From an uncultured Alphaproteobacteria bacterium (GTDB lineage Bacteria > Pseudomonadota > Alphaproteobacteria > CAAHEQ01 > UBA3637), in contig CAKQGY010000001.1 in the NCBI GenBank assembly GCA_934234055.1, positions 14,035 to 78,034 on the forward strand: a stretch of 64,000 nucleotides of DNA, read 5' to 3'. The notes under the pieces were generated by a model. That model searched no databases. It was not told where the DNA came from and saw only the letters and a program-made list of their open reading frames with translations. This document shows, piece after piece, positions 39,708-46,880 of the stretch; position 1 is the stretch's first letter, and each line of letters opens with the position of its first letter. The position numbers and the translations under genes were made by a program.

Positions 39708-39817
39708 TGGGCTAATTTCCTCATACGGCTAAGTGTTTTAGTCTCCACGGAGATACATCAATCAGCGCGGGTGCGCCCATTGGTGCGCTTGGTATATAGG
39801 AGGTTTGAAAGGGTTAC

Positions 39818-41206
39818 ATGTTCACGGGATTGAGCGAAAAATTATCGGCAGTATTTGACAAACTCACGCGGCGTGGGATTTTAACCGAATCCGCCGTTGA
39901 CGAAACGATGCGCGAAATCAAGGTTGCTTTGATTGAAGCCGATGTGGCGCTTCCTGTGATCAAAGATTTTATCGCCACGGTGCGGTCTCGTGCGATCGGC
40001 GAGCAGGTTGTCAAATCTGTTTCCCCCGCTCAGATGGTGGTAAAAATCGTGCATGATGCGTTGGTTGAGATGTTGGGTAATTCAACACCGTTGAATCTGA
40101 CACCTCGGCAACAGAACATCATTTTAATGGTCGGGTTGCAGGGATCCGGCAAAACGACCTCGTCGGCCAAGTTGGCCCGACGCTTGCAAAAGCAAGGAAA
40201 ATCCGTCCTATTGGCCAGTTTGGATACTTACCGGCCGGCGGCTCAGGAACAACTCTCGGAACTCGGATCGGCCAACGACCTCACGGTCTTGCCGATTGTG
40301 CCGGCGGAACAACCGCTGGACATTGCCAAACGGGCATTGGCGGCGGCGAAACAATCGCTTGCCGATGTGCTGATTTTGGATACGGCGGGCCGGCTGCATA
40401 TTGATGATGATATGATGGCTCAGGTTGCCGCAATACGCGATCTCACAAAACCGTGCGAGGTTTTGTTGGTGGTTGATGCTCTCATGGGCCAGGACGCGGT
40501 GAATGTCGCCCGGGCTTTTCGGGATAAAATCGGGATTACCGGAACGATTTTAACGCGTGTTGACGGGGACGCACGGGGTGGTGCGGCGCTGTCTATGCGG
40601 GCGATTACCGGTGTGCCGGTGCAATTTTTGGGCGTTGGCGAACGGGCCGATGCGCTTGAAGCCTTTGACGCCAAACGGATTGCCGACCGGATTTTGGGTA
40701 TGGGTGATGTGGTCGGATTGGTTGAAACCGCGATTGAAAAAGTCAATCACGCCGAGGCCGAAAAGACAGCCGCCCGTATGATGTCGGGTCGTTTTGACCT
40801 GAACGATCTTCTCTCTCAAATGCGCCAGATCAATCAAATGGGCGACATTCGTGGGATTATGAAGATGATTCCCGGGTTGGGGCGTTTTTCGGCGCAGATT
40901 GATGCGGCCGGCGTCAACAACAACCTGATCAAGCGTCAAGAGGCCATTATTCTGTCTATGACACCGCGTGAGCGTCGGAATCCCGATTTGCTCAAAGCCT
41001 CCCGCAAACAGCGGATTGCAAACGGTGCCGGCGTTTCTGTCAGCGATGTGAATCGTTTACTCAAACAGTATGAACAGATGGCCGATATGATGCGGAAATT
41101 CAAGAAAATGGGCCCGCTGGGTATGATGTCCCTGATGAAAAAGATGGGCGGCGCATTTGGCGGAAATAACCCGTTTATGAATGGCGGGGGCTTGCCTCCG
41201 TTTTAA
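39818..41206 (+). CDS. ffh: Signal recognition particle protein Ffh
   Basis: N, G and M domains. The G domain has GLQGSGKTT and DTAGR motifs, and the Met-rich M domain ends in ...KKMGPLGMMSLMKKMGG. Confidence 0.95.
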   Translation: MFTGLSEKLSAVFDKLTRRGILTESAVDETMREIKVALIEADVALPVIKDFIATVRSRAIGEQVVKSVSPAQMVVKIVHDALVEMLGNSTPLNLTPRQQNIILMVGLQGSGKTTSSAKLARRLQKQGKSVLLASLDTYRPAAQEQLSELGSANDLTVLPIVPAEQPLDIAKRALAAAKQSLADVLILDTAGRLHIDDDMMAQVAAIRDLTKPCEVLLVVDALMGQDAVNVARAFRDKIGITGTILTRVDGDARGGAALSMRAITGVPVQFLGVGERADALEAFDAKRIADRILGMGDVVGLVETAIEKVNHAEAEKTAARMMSGRFDLNDLLSQMRQINQMGDIRGIMKMIPGLGRFSAQIDAAGVNNNLIKRQEAIILSMTPRERRNPDLLKASRKQRIANGAGVSVSDVNRLLKQYEQMADMMRKFKKMGPLGMMSLMKKMGGAFGGNNPFMNGGGLPPF

Positions 41207-41242
41207 CCAAGAACAACTGAACAAGAAAGGAAACAGAAAAAG

Positions 41243-41662
41243 ATGTCAGTTCGTATTCGTTTAAGCCGTGGCGGTGCTAAAAAGCGTCCGTTCCACAAAA
41301 TTGTAGTTGCAGACCAACGGTGCTCCCGCGATGGTCGGTTTATTGAAGCCATCGGCTTTTATAACCCGCTGTTGCCCAAGGATCACGCCGAAGCGTTGCG
41401 CGTTGATGTAGAAGCCGCCAAAAAGTGGTTGGCCAACGGCGCTCAACCGACGGAAAGAGTGCAAAAACTGTTCTCGCTGGTTGGCCTGTGCGACAAGCCG
41501 GCAGTCCGTGAAACGCCGAAAAAATCCGCTCCAAAGGCCAAAGCCCAAGAACGGATGAAAGAAATGGCCGACCGTGCCGCCGCCGCAGAAGAAGCCGCCA
41601 AGGCTGCTGCTGCCGAAGCCGCTGCCGCCGAGGCTGCACCGGCTGAAACACCGGCTCAATAA
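41243..41662 (+). CDS. rpsP: 30S ribosomal protein S16 with an Ala/Lys-rich C-terminal extension
   Basis: [24 protein letters not shown]... The core is about 80 aa and the tail is about 55 aa of low complexity. Confidence 0.9.
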   Translation: MSVRIRLSRGGAKKRPFHKIVVADQRCSRDGRFIEAIGFYNPLLPKDHAEALRVDVEAAKKWLANGAQPTERVQKLFSLVGLCDKPAVRETPKKSAPKAKAQERMKEMADRAAAAEEAAKAAAAEAAAAEAAPAETPAQ

Positions 41663-41677
41663 GGAAGGAAGCCTGAT

Positions 41678-42190
41678 ATGTCCCAACTGGTCTGTATCGG
41701 TCAAATTGTGAATGTCCACGGGATCAAGGGTGCGGTCAAAATCCGGCCGTATCTGTCGCGCCCCGAGGATATTGGCACATTCGGACCCCTGACAGACAAA
41801 GAAGGTCATCAAACGATTGAAGTGCAAGTGCTGTCCCGCAAAGGGGATTTCGTGCTGGCGTCAATCAAAGGAATCACCGACAGAACGGCTGCCGAAGCGT
41901 TTAAGGGCCTGAATTTGTATATTCATCGCGATCAATTACCGGAAGACAAAAATGCCTTCTATTATTGCGATTTAATCGGAATGACGGTCTTGGAAAACGG
42001 GCATTTGTTCGGGACGGTGGTATCGGTTCAAAACTATGGGGCCGGCGATGTGATAGAGGTCAAAACCACCCACGGGCGGACATTTGCTTTTGATTTTTCC
42101 AAAGCGACTTTTCCCCGCGTTGATGTGGCGGCGCGCCAAATGGACATCGTTATGCCCAAAGGAATGGAGGAGGTTGTGCATGAAGTGTAA
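41678..42190 (+). CDS. rimM: Ribosome maturation factor RimM
   Basis: 170 aa with a PRC barrel. It sits in the canonical rpsP-rimM-trmD-rplS order. Confidence 0.85.
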   Translation: MSQLVCIGQIVNVHGIKGAVKIRPYLSRPEDIGTFGPLTDKEGHQTIEVQVLSRKGDFVLASIKGITDRTAAEAFKGLNLYIHRDQLPEDKNAFYYCDLIGMTVLENGHLFGTVVSVQNYGAGDVIEVKTTHGRTFAFDFSKATFPRVDVAARQMDIVMPKGMEEVVHEV

Positions 42191-42869
42191 TGTGCTGACC
42201 CTCTATCCGGAAATGTTCCCGGGCGTTTTGGGATATTCGTTGGCAGGCAAGGCTTTGTCCGAAGGCAAATGGTCCTTGAATGTCGTGAATATCCGCGATT
42301 ATGCAACGGATAACTATCAATCCGTTGATGATACACCGTTCGGCGGTGGCGCGGGCATGGTGATGAAACCGGCGGTTTTAGATGCGGCTTTGACGGCCGT
42401 ATATCACTCGGGACCGTTGTATTATCTGTCGCCGCGGGGGGCTGTATTTACCCAGCAAACGGCACAGGAATGGGCGACCGAGAACCAAGAGATGACTTTT
42501 CTGTGTGGGCGATTTGAAGGCATTGATGAACGCATTTTGGAAAAATGGCCGTTCCAGGAAATCAGCATCGGTGATTTTGTCTTGTCGGGCGGAGAACCGG
42601 CTTTGATGACGATGCTGGACGCAACGATCCGCTTGTTGCCATCGGTGATGGGAAATGCGGCATCGGGTGCGGAAGAAAGTTTTACGGACGGATTGCTGGA
42701 ATACCCGCAATACACCAAGCCTGCCGTATGGCAAGGGCGCGAAGTGCCGGCCGTGCTGCTTTCGGGACATCATGCCAAAATCCGACAATGGCGTTTAGAA
42801 CAAGCTGAAAATATAACCAAAACAAGAAGACCAGACTTGTGGACAAAATATCTGGCGAATCAACAATAA
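42180..42869 (+). CDS. trmD: tRNA (guanine37-N1)-methyltransferase TrmD
   Basis: MKCNVLTLYPEMFPGVL... SPOUT fold. The start overlaps the rimM stop. The tracked start is over-extended. Confidence 0.9.
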   Translation: MKCNVLTLYPEMFPGVLGYSLAGKALSEGKWSLNVVNIRDYATDNYQSVDDTPFGGGAGMVMKPAVLDAALTAVYHSGPLYYLSPRGAVFTQQTAQEWATENQEMTFLCGRFEGIDERILEKWPFQEISIGDFVLSGGEPALMTMLDATIRLLPSVMGNAASGAEESFTDGLLEYPQYTKPAVWQGREVPAVLLSGHHAKIRQWRLEQAENITKTRRPDLWTKYLANQQ

Positions 42870-42884
42870 GAAAGGAATAAGACT

Positions 42885-43259
42885 ATGGATATTATTCAAG
42901 AATTAGAAAATGAACAAATGGCGAAATTGAACAAGAAAATCCCTGCGTTCAAAGCCGGCGATACCGTCAAAGTGATGTATAAGATCGTTGAGGATAAGAA
43001 CGAACGTTTGCAGGCCTATGAAGGTGTGTGCATTGCCCGTTCCAACAACGGTATGAATTCGTCCTTTACGGTGCGGAAAATCTCGTTTGGGGAAGGGGTG
43101 GAACGCGTGTTCCCGCTGTATTCTCCGAATGTGGCCTCTATTGAAGTGGTGCGTCGCGGTAAAGTGCGTCGCAGCAAACTGTATTACCTGCGCTCTCTGT
43201 TCGGGAAAGCGGCCCGTATTGCCGAAGATAAAGACGGCAAAACTGCCGACGCCGAATAA
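42885..43259 (+). CDS. rplS: 50S ribosomal protein L19
   Basis: [11 protein letters not shown]...[12 protein letters not shown]... is the typical L19 sequence. Confidence 0.9.
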   Translation: MDIIQELENEQMAKLNKKIPAFKAGDTVKVMYKIVEDKNERLQAYEGVCIARSNNGMNSSFTVRKISFGEGVERVFPLYSPNVASIEVVRRGKVRRSKLYYLRSLFGKAARIAEDKDGKTADAE

Positions 43260-43281
43260 GCGTTATCGTTTAGTTGTTCCA

Positions 43282-43313
43282 ACACCGACGGGAGAACCCG
43301 CCGGTGTTTTTTT
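43282..43313 (+). terminator. Rho-independent terminator after rplS
   Basis: GC hairpin acaccgacggg-agaa-cccgccggtgt followed by T7. Confidence 0.75.
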
Positions 43314-43316
43314 ATG

Positions 43317-43380
43317 AGGGTGTGGTCGGCGCGGAGTGTGGTATGGTGTGAGGGTTGGTGCGGGATGTGCCGGCCGATCC
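43317..43380 (-). repeat. Repeat family 2 copy (about 1.5 units, minus orientation)
   Basis: The reverse complement reads ccggcacatcccgcaccaaccctcacaccataccacactccgcgccgaccacaccctc, matching the units at 24611-24716. Confidence 0.7.
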
Positions 43381-43382
43381 TC

Positions 43383-43398
43383 TTTTTTTTTGGGGGGG
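43383..43398 (+). repeat. Homopolymeric tract T9G7
   Basis: tttttttttggggggg lies directly between the family-2 copy and family-1 copy E. Confidence 0.8.
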
Positions 43399-43444
43399 AA
43401 GGAGAGGAATGGCAGATTTGGGGTATATGGTTTCTTTGTTGAAT

Positions 43445-43481
43445 GGATTGCCGCGCGTCCGGAATGGACGCTCGCAATGAC
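43445..43481 (+). repeat. Repeat family 1 copy E (ggattgccgc-gcgtccggaatggacgc-tcgcaatgac), left direct repeat of the islet
   Basis: It matches copy F (46774-46810) at 33 of 37 positions, including the otherwise variable hairpin, and lies in the same orientation. Confidence 0.8.
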
Positions 43482-43582
43482 AGGGGATAGGGGATAACGG
43501 CGGAGTGGGGAAAGGTATTAAATGGAGTGGGTAAAAAAGAGAGACCTAAAAAGAAGAAGACGAAAGCGGGTGAAAAAAACTG

Positions 43583-43610
43583 TTTACAAAACGGAAAATT
43601 ATGCTATAAT
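43583..43610 (+). promoter_or_regulatory. Sigma-70 promoter TTTACA-N16-TATAAT for the small-protein pair
   Basis: Near-consensus hexamers. A GGAGG SD lies 8 nt before the ATG at 43658. Confidence 0.5.
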
Positions 43611-43657
43611 ATAACTATGGAGCCAATGGAGGCTCGATTATAACCGGAGGAAAAACG

Positions 43658-44044
43658 ATGGATTTGGTAAAACAATACTTTAAAGATGAACGCAAAGAAT
43701 TAAAAGATATGTCGCCGGAAGATAAGGCTGAATTGGCCGAAGAATTGCGCGCAACCACGACGGAAGTGAAAGCAATTGAACAGGCTGCCCCCTTTATGGC
43801 GGATAAAAATGAAAGCGACGGTTTTCGCATGGCGGTGGGGTTGGCAATGCATAACCCGAAAATCGCCAAAGCCATGAAAGCAATGAAACTGAAATTGTCA
43901 TCTAAACAAATTCCGGAACCTTTTGATGTGGAAGAAGAAGGTATCGGTCCGTGGATTCAGGCTGTCGTGAAATATGTGGAAACAGAACAAGCCTCGCGCA
44001 CTGCTGCAACCAAGAAATTGGCGGCCTCGCGGCGGGGGCGCTAG
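43658..44044 (+). CDS. Hypothetical helical protein, paralog 1 (128 aa, C-terminal ...KKLAASRRGR)
   Basis: Strong promoter and SD. Shares an FRxAVGxxxxNPKxAKxxKxxxLKLSSKxxPxP core and a C-terminal A-SRRGR motif with the next ORF. Confidence 0.55.
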   Translation: MDLVKQYFKDERKELKDMSPEDKAELAEELRATTTEVKAIEQAAPFMADKNESDGFRMAVGLAMHNPKIAKAMKAMKLKLSSKQIPEPFDVEEEGIGPWIQAVVKYVETEQASRTAATKKLAASRRGR

Positions 44045-44068
44045 GATATCCGAAAGGAGGAAAACCCG

Positions 44069-44596
44069 ATGAATTTGGACGAATTGGCCTATCCCGAGAA
44101 TATAGAAACCTATCGCACGACGGTGCCCGATAATGAAGAGCGCGTGTCGTCGGTGGACGAGATTGCTCTGGAAAAAGATATTGAAGCAGTGAAAAAAAGT
44201 GCACGGCTGCGGCAGGCGGATTTGGACGGGACAAAGTTGTCAAAGGCCGGCGCGGATAATATGCGGCAGACTTTGCCACAACTGGCGGCGCCGTATATTG
44301 AAGATCCGAAAAAGGAAACGATTCGCTTTCGAACCGCGGTCGGAATGCTGATCCGGAATAACCCGAAAATGGCGAAAATCCTGAAAGAAACGGGATTGAA
44401 ACTGTCGTCAAAGCTGGTGCCGAGCCCGTATGAAGCGAACTATGCACGATCGGAAATTGAGCATATCGGTATGTGGTGCGGCGCTGTGCGGGAGTTCTTG
44501 GAACGGCAGGAGGCTGCACGGCAGGCGAAAACACCGGCCAAAGCCGAAGAGGCTGCGCGGCTGAAACGCTTGGCACAGAGCCGGCGGGGACGCTAG
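44069..44596 (+). CDS. Hypothetical helical protein, paralog 2 (175 aa, C-terminal ...KRLAQSRRGR)
   Basis: Tandem paralog of 43658..44044 with a GGAGG SD. I recognise no family. Confidence 0.55.
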   Translation: MNLDELAYPENIETYRTTVPDNEERVSSVDEIALEKDIEAVKKSARLRQADLDGTKLSKAGADNMRQTLPQLAAPYIEDPKKETIRFRTAVGMLIRNNPKMAKILKETGLKLSSKLVPSPYEANYARSEIEHIGMWCGAVREFLERQEAARQAKTPAKAEEAARLKRLAQSRRGR

Positions 44597-44717
44597 GCCG
44601 GAGTGCCAGGGGAAGGCTGTCTGGGCTGTCGGGACGCCGAGGTATTCGGGCACTGGTGTGCGACGGTAAGGCTTGGCTGTATGGTGGCACGGGTCGGTAG
44701 GGTACCGGCGATGACAA

Positions 44718-44840
44718 GAAGCATTATCTGATTATGGATTGCCACAGGGCGGACTTTTCCAAGTCCGCCCTTCACAATGATATTGCATTCGTGTTTGATG
44801 GATTCTTCGCGGGGACAAGCCCCGCTCAGAATGACGAAAG
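44718..44840 (+). repeat. Repeat family 1 copy G, a two-module form (...attatggattgccac-hairpin-tcacaatga + tattgcattcgtgtttgatggattcttcg-cggggacaagccccg-ctcagaatgac)
   Basis: Module 2 is shared with copies F and H. It is intergenic between the paralog pair and the adhesin gene. Confidence 0.75.
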
Positions 44841-44898
44841 GTGAGACGGGCCTTTTCAGACCGTTCTGCGGTAATCCGGCAAATGCATAATTTATATA

Positions 44899-46539
44899 TT
44901 ACTTATGACATAAGAAAGGAGAGCCAATCGGACTTAAATCAATTTCTATTTCAGAGGCCACATTGTGCGCTTTCCCATCTTTCATTACAATTTGATATTT
45001 CTTTCCGGCGGTAAAAGAATAATCCTGTGGCCAGAACATATCTTTCCCAGATAGTGTGGCCGACCCTCTATTACCATAGGTATGCCAGGCCAAAGTGACA
45101 TTATTAAAAGACTCGTCCGACAAATAGATAAGATATCCCTCTTGAGTACTGGTGCAACTCTTTTTACTGGAATGAGTGCTGCCCATTGGAGACGTTGGTG
45201 TTGTTATACTGGTATAAGCTACAAAAGTTCGATTACATTTATTGCCCCATACAGAAGTATATTTAAGACCATCTTTTAAGCCGAAAAATTGACAAGGTGT
45301 TTTACAAACATTCTTAGTTGTATCACATTTAAACTTGTTATCTGCTCGTCCGGCACAATCCGTATCATTCACGCACTCCACGCAGGCTGTATTATCAGCG
45401 TTTGGTACGCCCGTCGGACAGTTGCATTCGCAGGTATCGGCATTTTGTGTCATACCGGCAGCCGCGCACGCCGGGCATTTGCAGGTATTGTTTGCGACAT
45501 CACAGACGGTCTTGGGCTCGGTGCAGGTCAAGGGCTCGTAAGTTGTATAGGCCGGACATGCTTCCGTCGCCGCGTGCTCCGTGGTCGTATAGCAGGTGTT
45601 CTGCGGCACCGACCCCGACTCCGGACAAGCACAAGTATTATCTGCCATATTGCATATTTTGCCGCCGGTGCAGTCTGTATCGGCCAGGCATTCCACACAC
45701 GCGTTGTCATCGGCGTTTGGCACCCCCGTCGGGCAAGTGCACGCACAGGTGTTCGGATTCTGCACCTTGTCCGGGTTCGTGCACCCCGTGGTGCAGACGC
45801 AGCTCAAATCGTCGTCGCACCGGTGCAGTCCGTCATTGGTGCAGTCCGCAATTGTGTTCTGGTGAGGCCCATACCTGTCAATTGAAGCCTGATCAAAATA
45901 GCACTGCCGCGTATTCGCCGTTGTGCAGCAAGTTAAATTGTTGGCGGCTGTTTTCTTACATTCTTTATTAGATAGGTATTGGCCTTCTTCAAACGCCAAA
46001 GTGTCCGTGTCCGTTACGCGGCAGCAGGTTTTGCCCCAACACGGATCATACGCCTCCGCGTCAGTGCGCTCGTTCAAGTCCCCCGCGAACACAAAGGTCA
46101 TCTTACTGTTCCCCTCGGGGCAGGGAATAGCCCGTTCATTCACAAAAATCCCCGCCGGCCAAGTCCAGTTCCGATCCAAGATATCCTGACACACCGCCTG
46201 AGGCACCTCTTTCACATCAATAGAGAACAAGTTTTTCTCGTTATTCAAGCCACCATCAAACCATTCGGTCTCATATTCCAGGATTGTGCTTGGGAACTCG
46301 GACAAGTTGATTCCCTCCATACCTTGCAGGTATTGCCCGCTACCGACGGTGGCGCGTTGTTTAACGCTTTCTATAATCTCGTTGGCGCGATACCGTGTCA
46401 TCGCAAAGTTATACCCCGCAACACCCCCGATGCTCAGCACTCCCATAATCGCCAACACCCCCAGCATCTCTACCATACTGCGACCAGATTCGGAATTGTC
46501 CTTTGCACCCCACGCCCCGGAGCGCCGGCTGAAGTTCAT
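44899..46539 (-). CDS. Large pilin-like Cys-rich adhesin candidate: prepilin-type N-terminus, tandem Cys-rich repeats and a C-terminal globular domain (546 aa from ATG 46539)
   Basis: The N-terminus ...SESG|RSMVEMLGVLAIMGVLSIGG is near-identical to the pilin-like ORF at 37243. Two Cys-rich modules are present (CxCPTGVPNADxxACVECxxDTDCxG). The tracked ORF reaches the TTG at 46653 through a C13 run encoding PPPP. An SD-preceded ATG at 46634 is currently out of frame. Confidence 0.65.
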   Translation of the reverse strand: MNFSRRSGAWGAKDNSESGRSMVEMLGVLAIMGVLSIGGVAGYNFAMTRYRANEIIESVKQRATVGSGQYLQGMEGINLSEFPSTILEYETEWFDGGLNNEKNLFSIDVKEVPQAVCQDILDRNWTWPAGIFVNERAIPCPEGNSKMTFVFAGDLNERTDAEAYDPCWGKTCCRVTDTDTLAFEEGQYLSNKECKKTAANNLTCCTTANTRQCYFDQASIDRYGPHQNTIADCTNDGLHRCDDDLSCVCTTGCTNPDKVQNPNTCACTCPTGVPNADDNACVECLADTDCTGGKICNMADNTCACPESGSVPQNTCYTTTEHAATEACPAYTTYEPLTCTEPKTVCDVANNTCKCPACAAAGMTQNADTCECNCPTGVPNADNTACVECVNDTDCAGRADNKFKCDTTKNVCKTPCQFFGLKDGLKYTSVWGNKCNRTFVAYTSITTPTSPMGSTHSSKKSCTSTQEGYLIYLSDESFNNVTLAWHTYGNRGSATLSGKDMFWPQDYSFTAGKKYQIVMKDGKAHNVASEIEIDLSPIGSPFLCHK

Positions 46540-46560
46540 ACGAAAATACTTTAATAACGC

Positions 46561-46566
46561 ATTATA
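46561..46566 (-). promoter_or_regulatory. Candidate -10 hexamer TATAAT upstream of ATG 46539
   Basis: A perfect TATAAT lies 22 nt upstream of the MNFSRR start. The -35 is poor (ATAACT-like), and the poly-C tract lies just upstream. Confidence 0.35.
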
Positions 46567-46599
46567 ACCACTTGAAAAACAAGAGTTATTCACACATAT

Positions 46600-46612
46600 G
46601 GGGGGGGGGGGG
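46600..46612 (+). repeat. Homopolymeric G13 (C13 on the coding strand) in the 5' region of the pilin-like adhesin gene
   Basis: Thirteen consecutive G. It separates an SD-preceded ATG (46634, frame +1) from the main ORF. Confidence 0.9.
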
Positions 46613-46706
46613 TATTGCCGGATAAAATATACATTTTGTGTCTCCTTTCTCAATCTGGAAAAATGTAATATATCTTTTTATAGCAGGAATTTTTGCCCCT
46701 GTCAAT

Positions 46707-46737
46707 AAAAAAAAGTCCGCATGACGCGGACAATTTT
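46707..46737 (-). terminator. Rho-independent terminator for the obg-rsfS transcript (hairpin gtccgc-atga-cgcggac with T8 on the minus strand)
   Basis: A8 precedes and aatttt follows on the plus strand, which gives a strong T8 on the minus strand. Confidence 0.65.
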
Positions 46738-46759
46738 GGCGATCCCGACAGGATTCGAA
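46737..46759 (-). other. tRNA 3'-end fragment (T-loop TTCGAAT, T-stem 3' half, acceptor 3' half, discriminator and CCA), with no 5' half
   Basis: The minus strand reads ttcgaat-cctgt-cgggatc-g-cca, which parses exactly as the 3' 23 nt of a tRNA. No complementary acceptor 5' strand lies within 100 nt, so it is not a gene. Confidence 0.55.
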
Positions 46760-46773
46760 CTTGCGTGTTTTGC

Positions 46774-46845
46774 GGATTGCCACGCGTCCAAAATGGACAC
46801 TCGCAATGACAAGCAGAATTATGTGCCTAATGGATTCTTCGGGAA
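46774..46845 (+). repeat. Repeat family 1 copy F (ggattgccac-gcgtccaaaatggacac-tcgcaatgac plus module 2 gaattatgtgcctaatggattcttcggg), right direct repeat of the islet
   Basis: Near-identical to copy E. It is followed by a Pu-rich tract that includes G6. Confidence 0.8.
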
Positions 46846-46880
46846 CACGGTGCGTGCCTCTTAGAATGAAAAAAACGGGG

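Noticed and set aside
39708-39817. SRP RNA (ffs) immediately upstream of ffh.
   Set aside because: No conserved domain IV motif (GGAA...AGCAG / GNAR tetraloop context) is present, so it is better explained as the ffh 5' UTR.
44790-44840. Hammerhead-like ribozyme in module 2 of the repeat (ugaugg ... gacgaaagg).
   Set aside because: The CUGAUGA box is not adjacent to stem II, and 11 extra nt precede GAAA, so the core geometry does not fit.
46653-46653. ORF-track starts at 46653, 20361, 14284, 50262 and 54993 that I first took as ATG.
   Set aside because: The underlying codon is TTG in each case. The caller accepts alternative starts, so the tracked N-termini are over-extended. The downstream ATGs with SDs or homolog-consistent N-termini were used instead.
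46700-46790. Possible complete tRNA gene on the minus strand near ggattcgaac.
   Set aside because: Only the 3' 23 nt parse as tRNA. The T-stem 5' half and the acceptor 5' strand are absent, so I call it a fragment.
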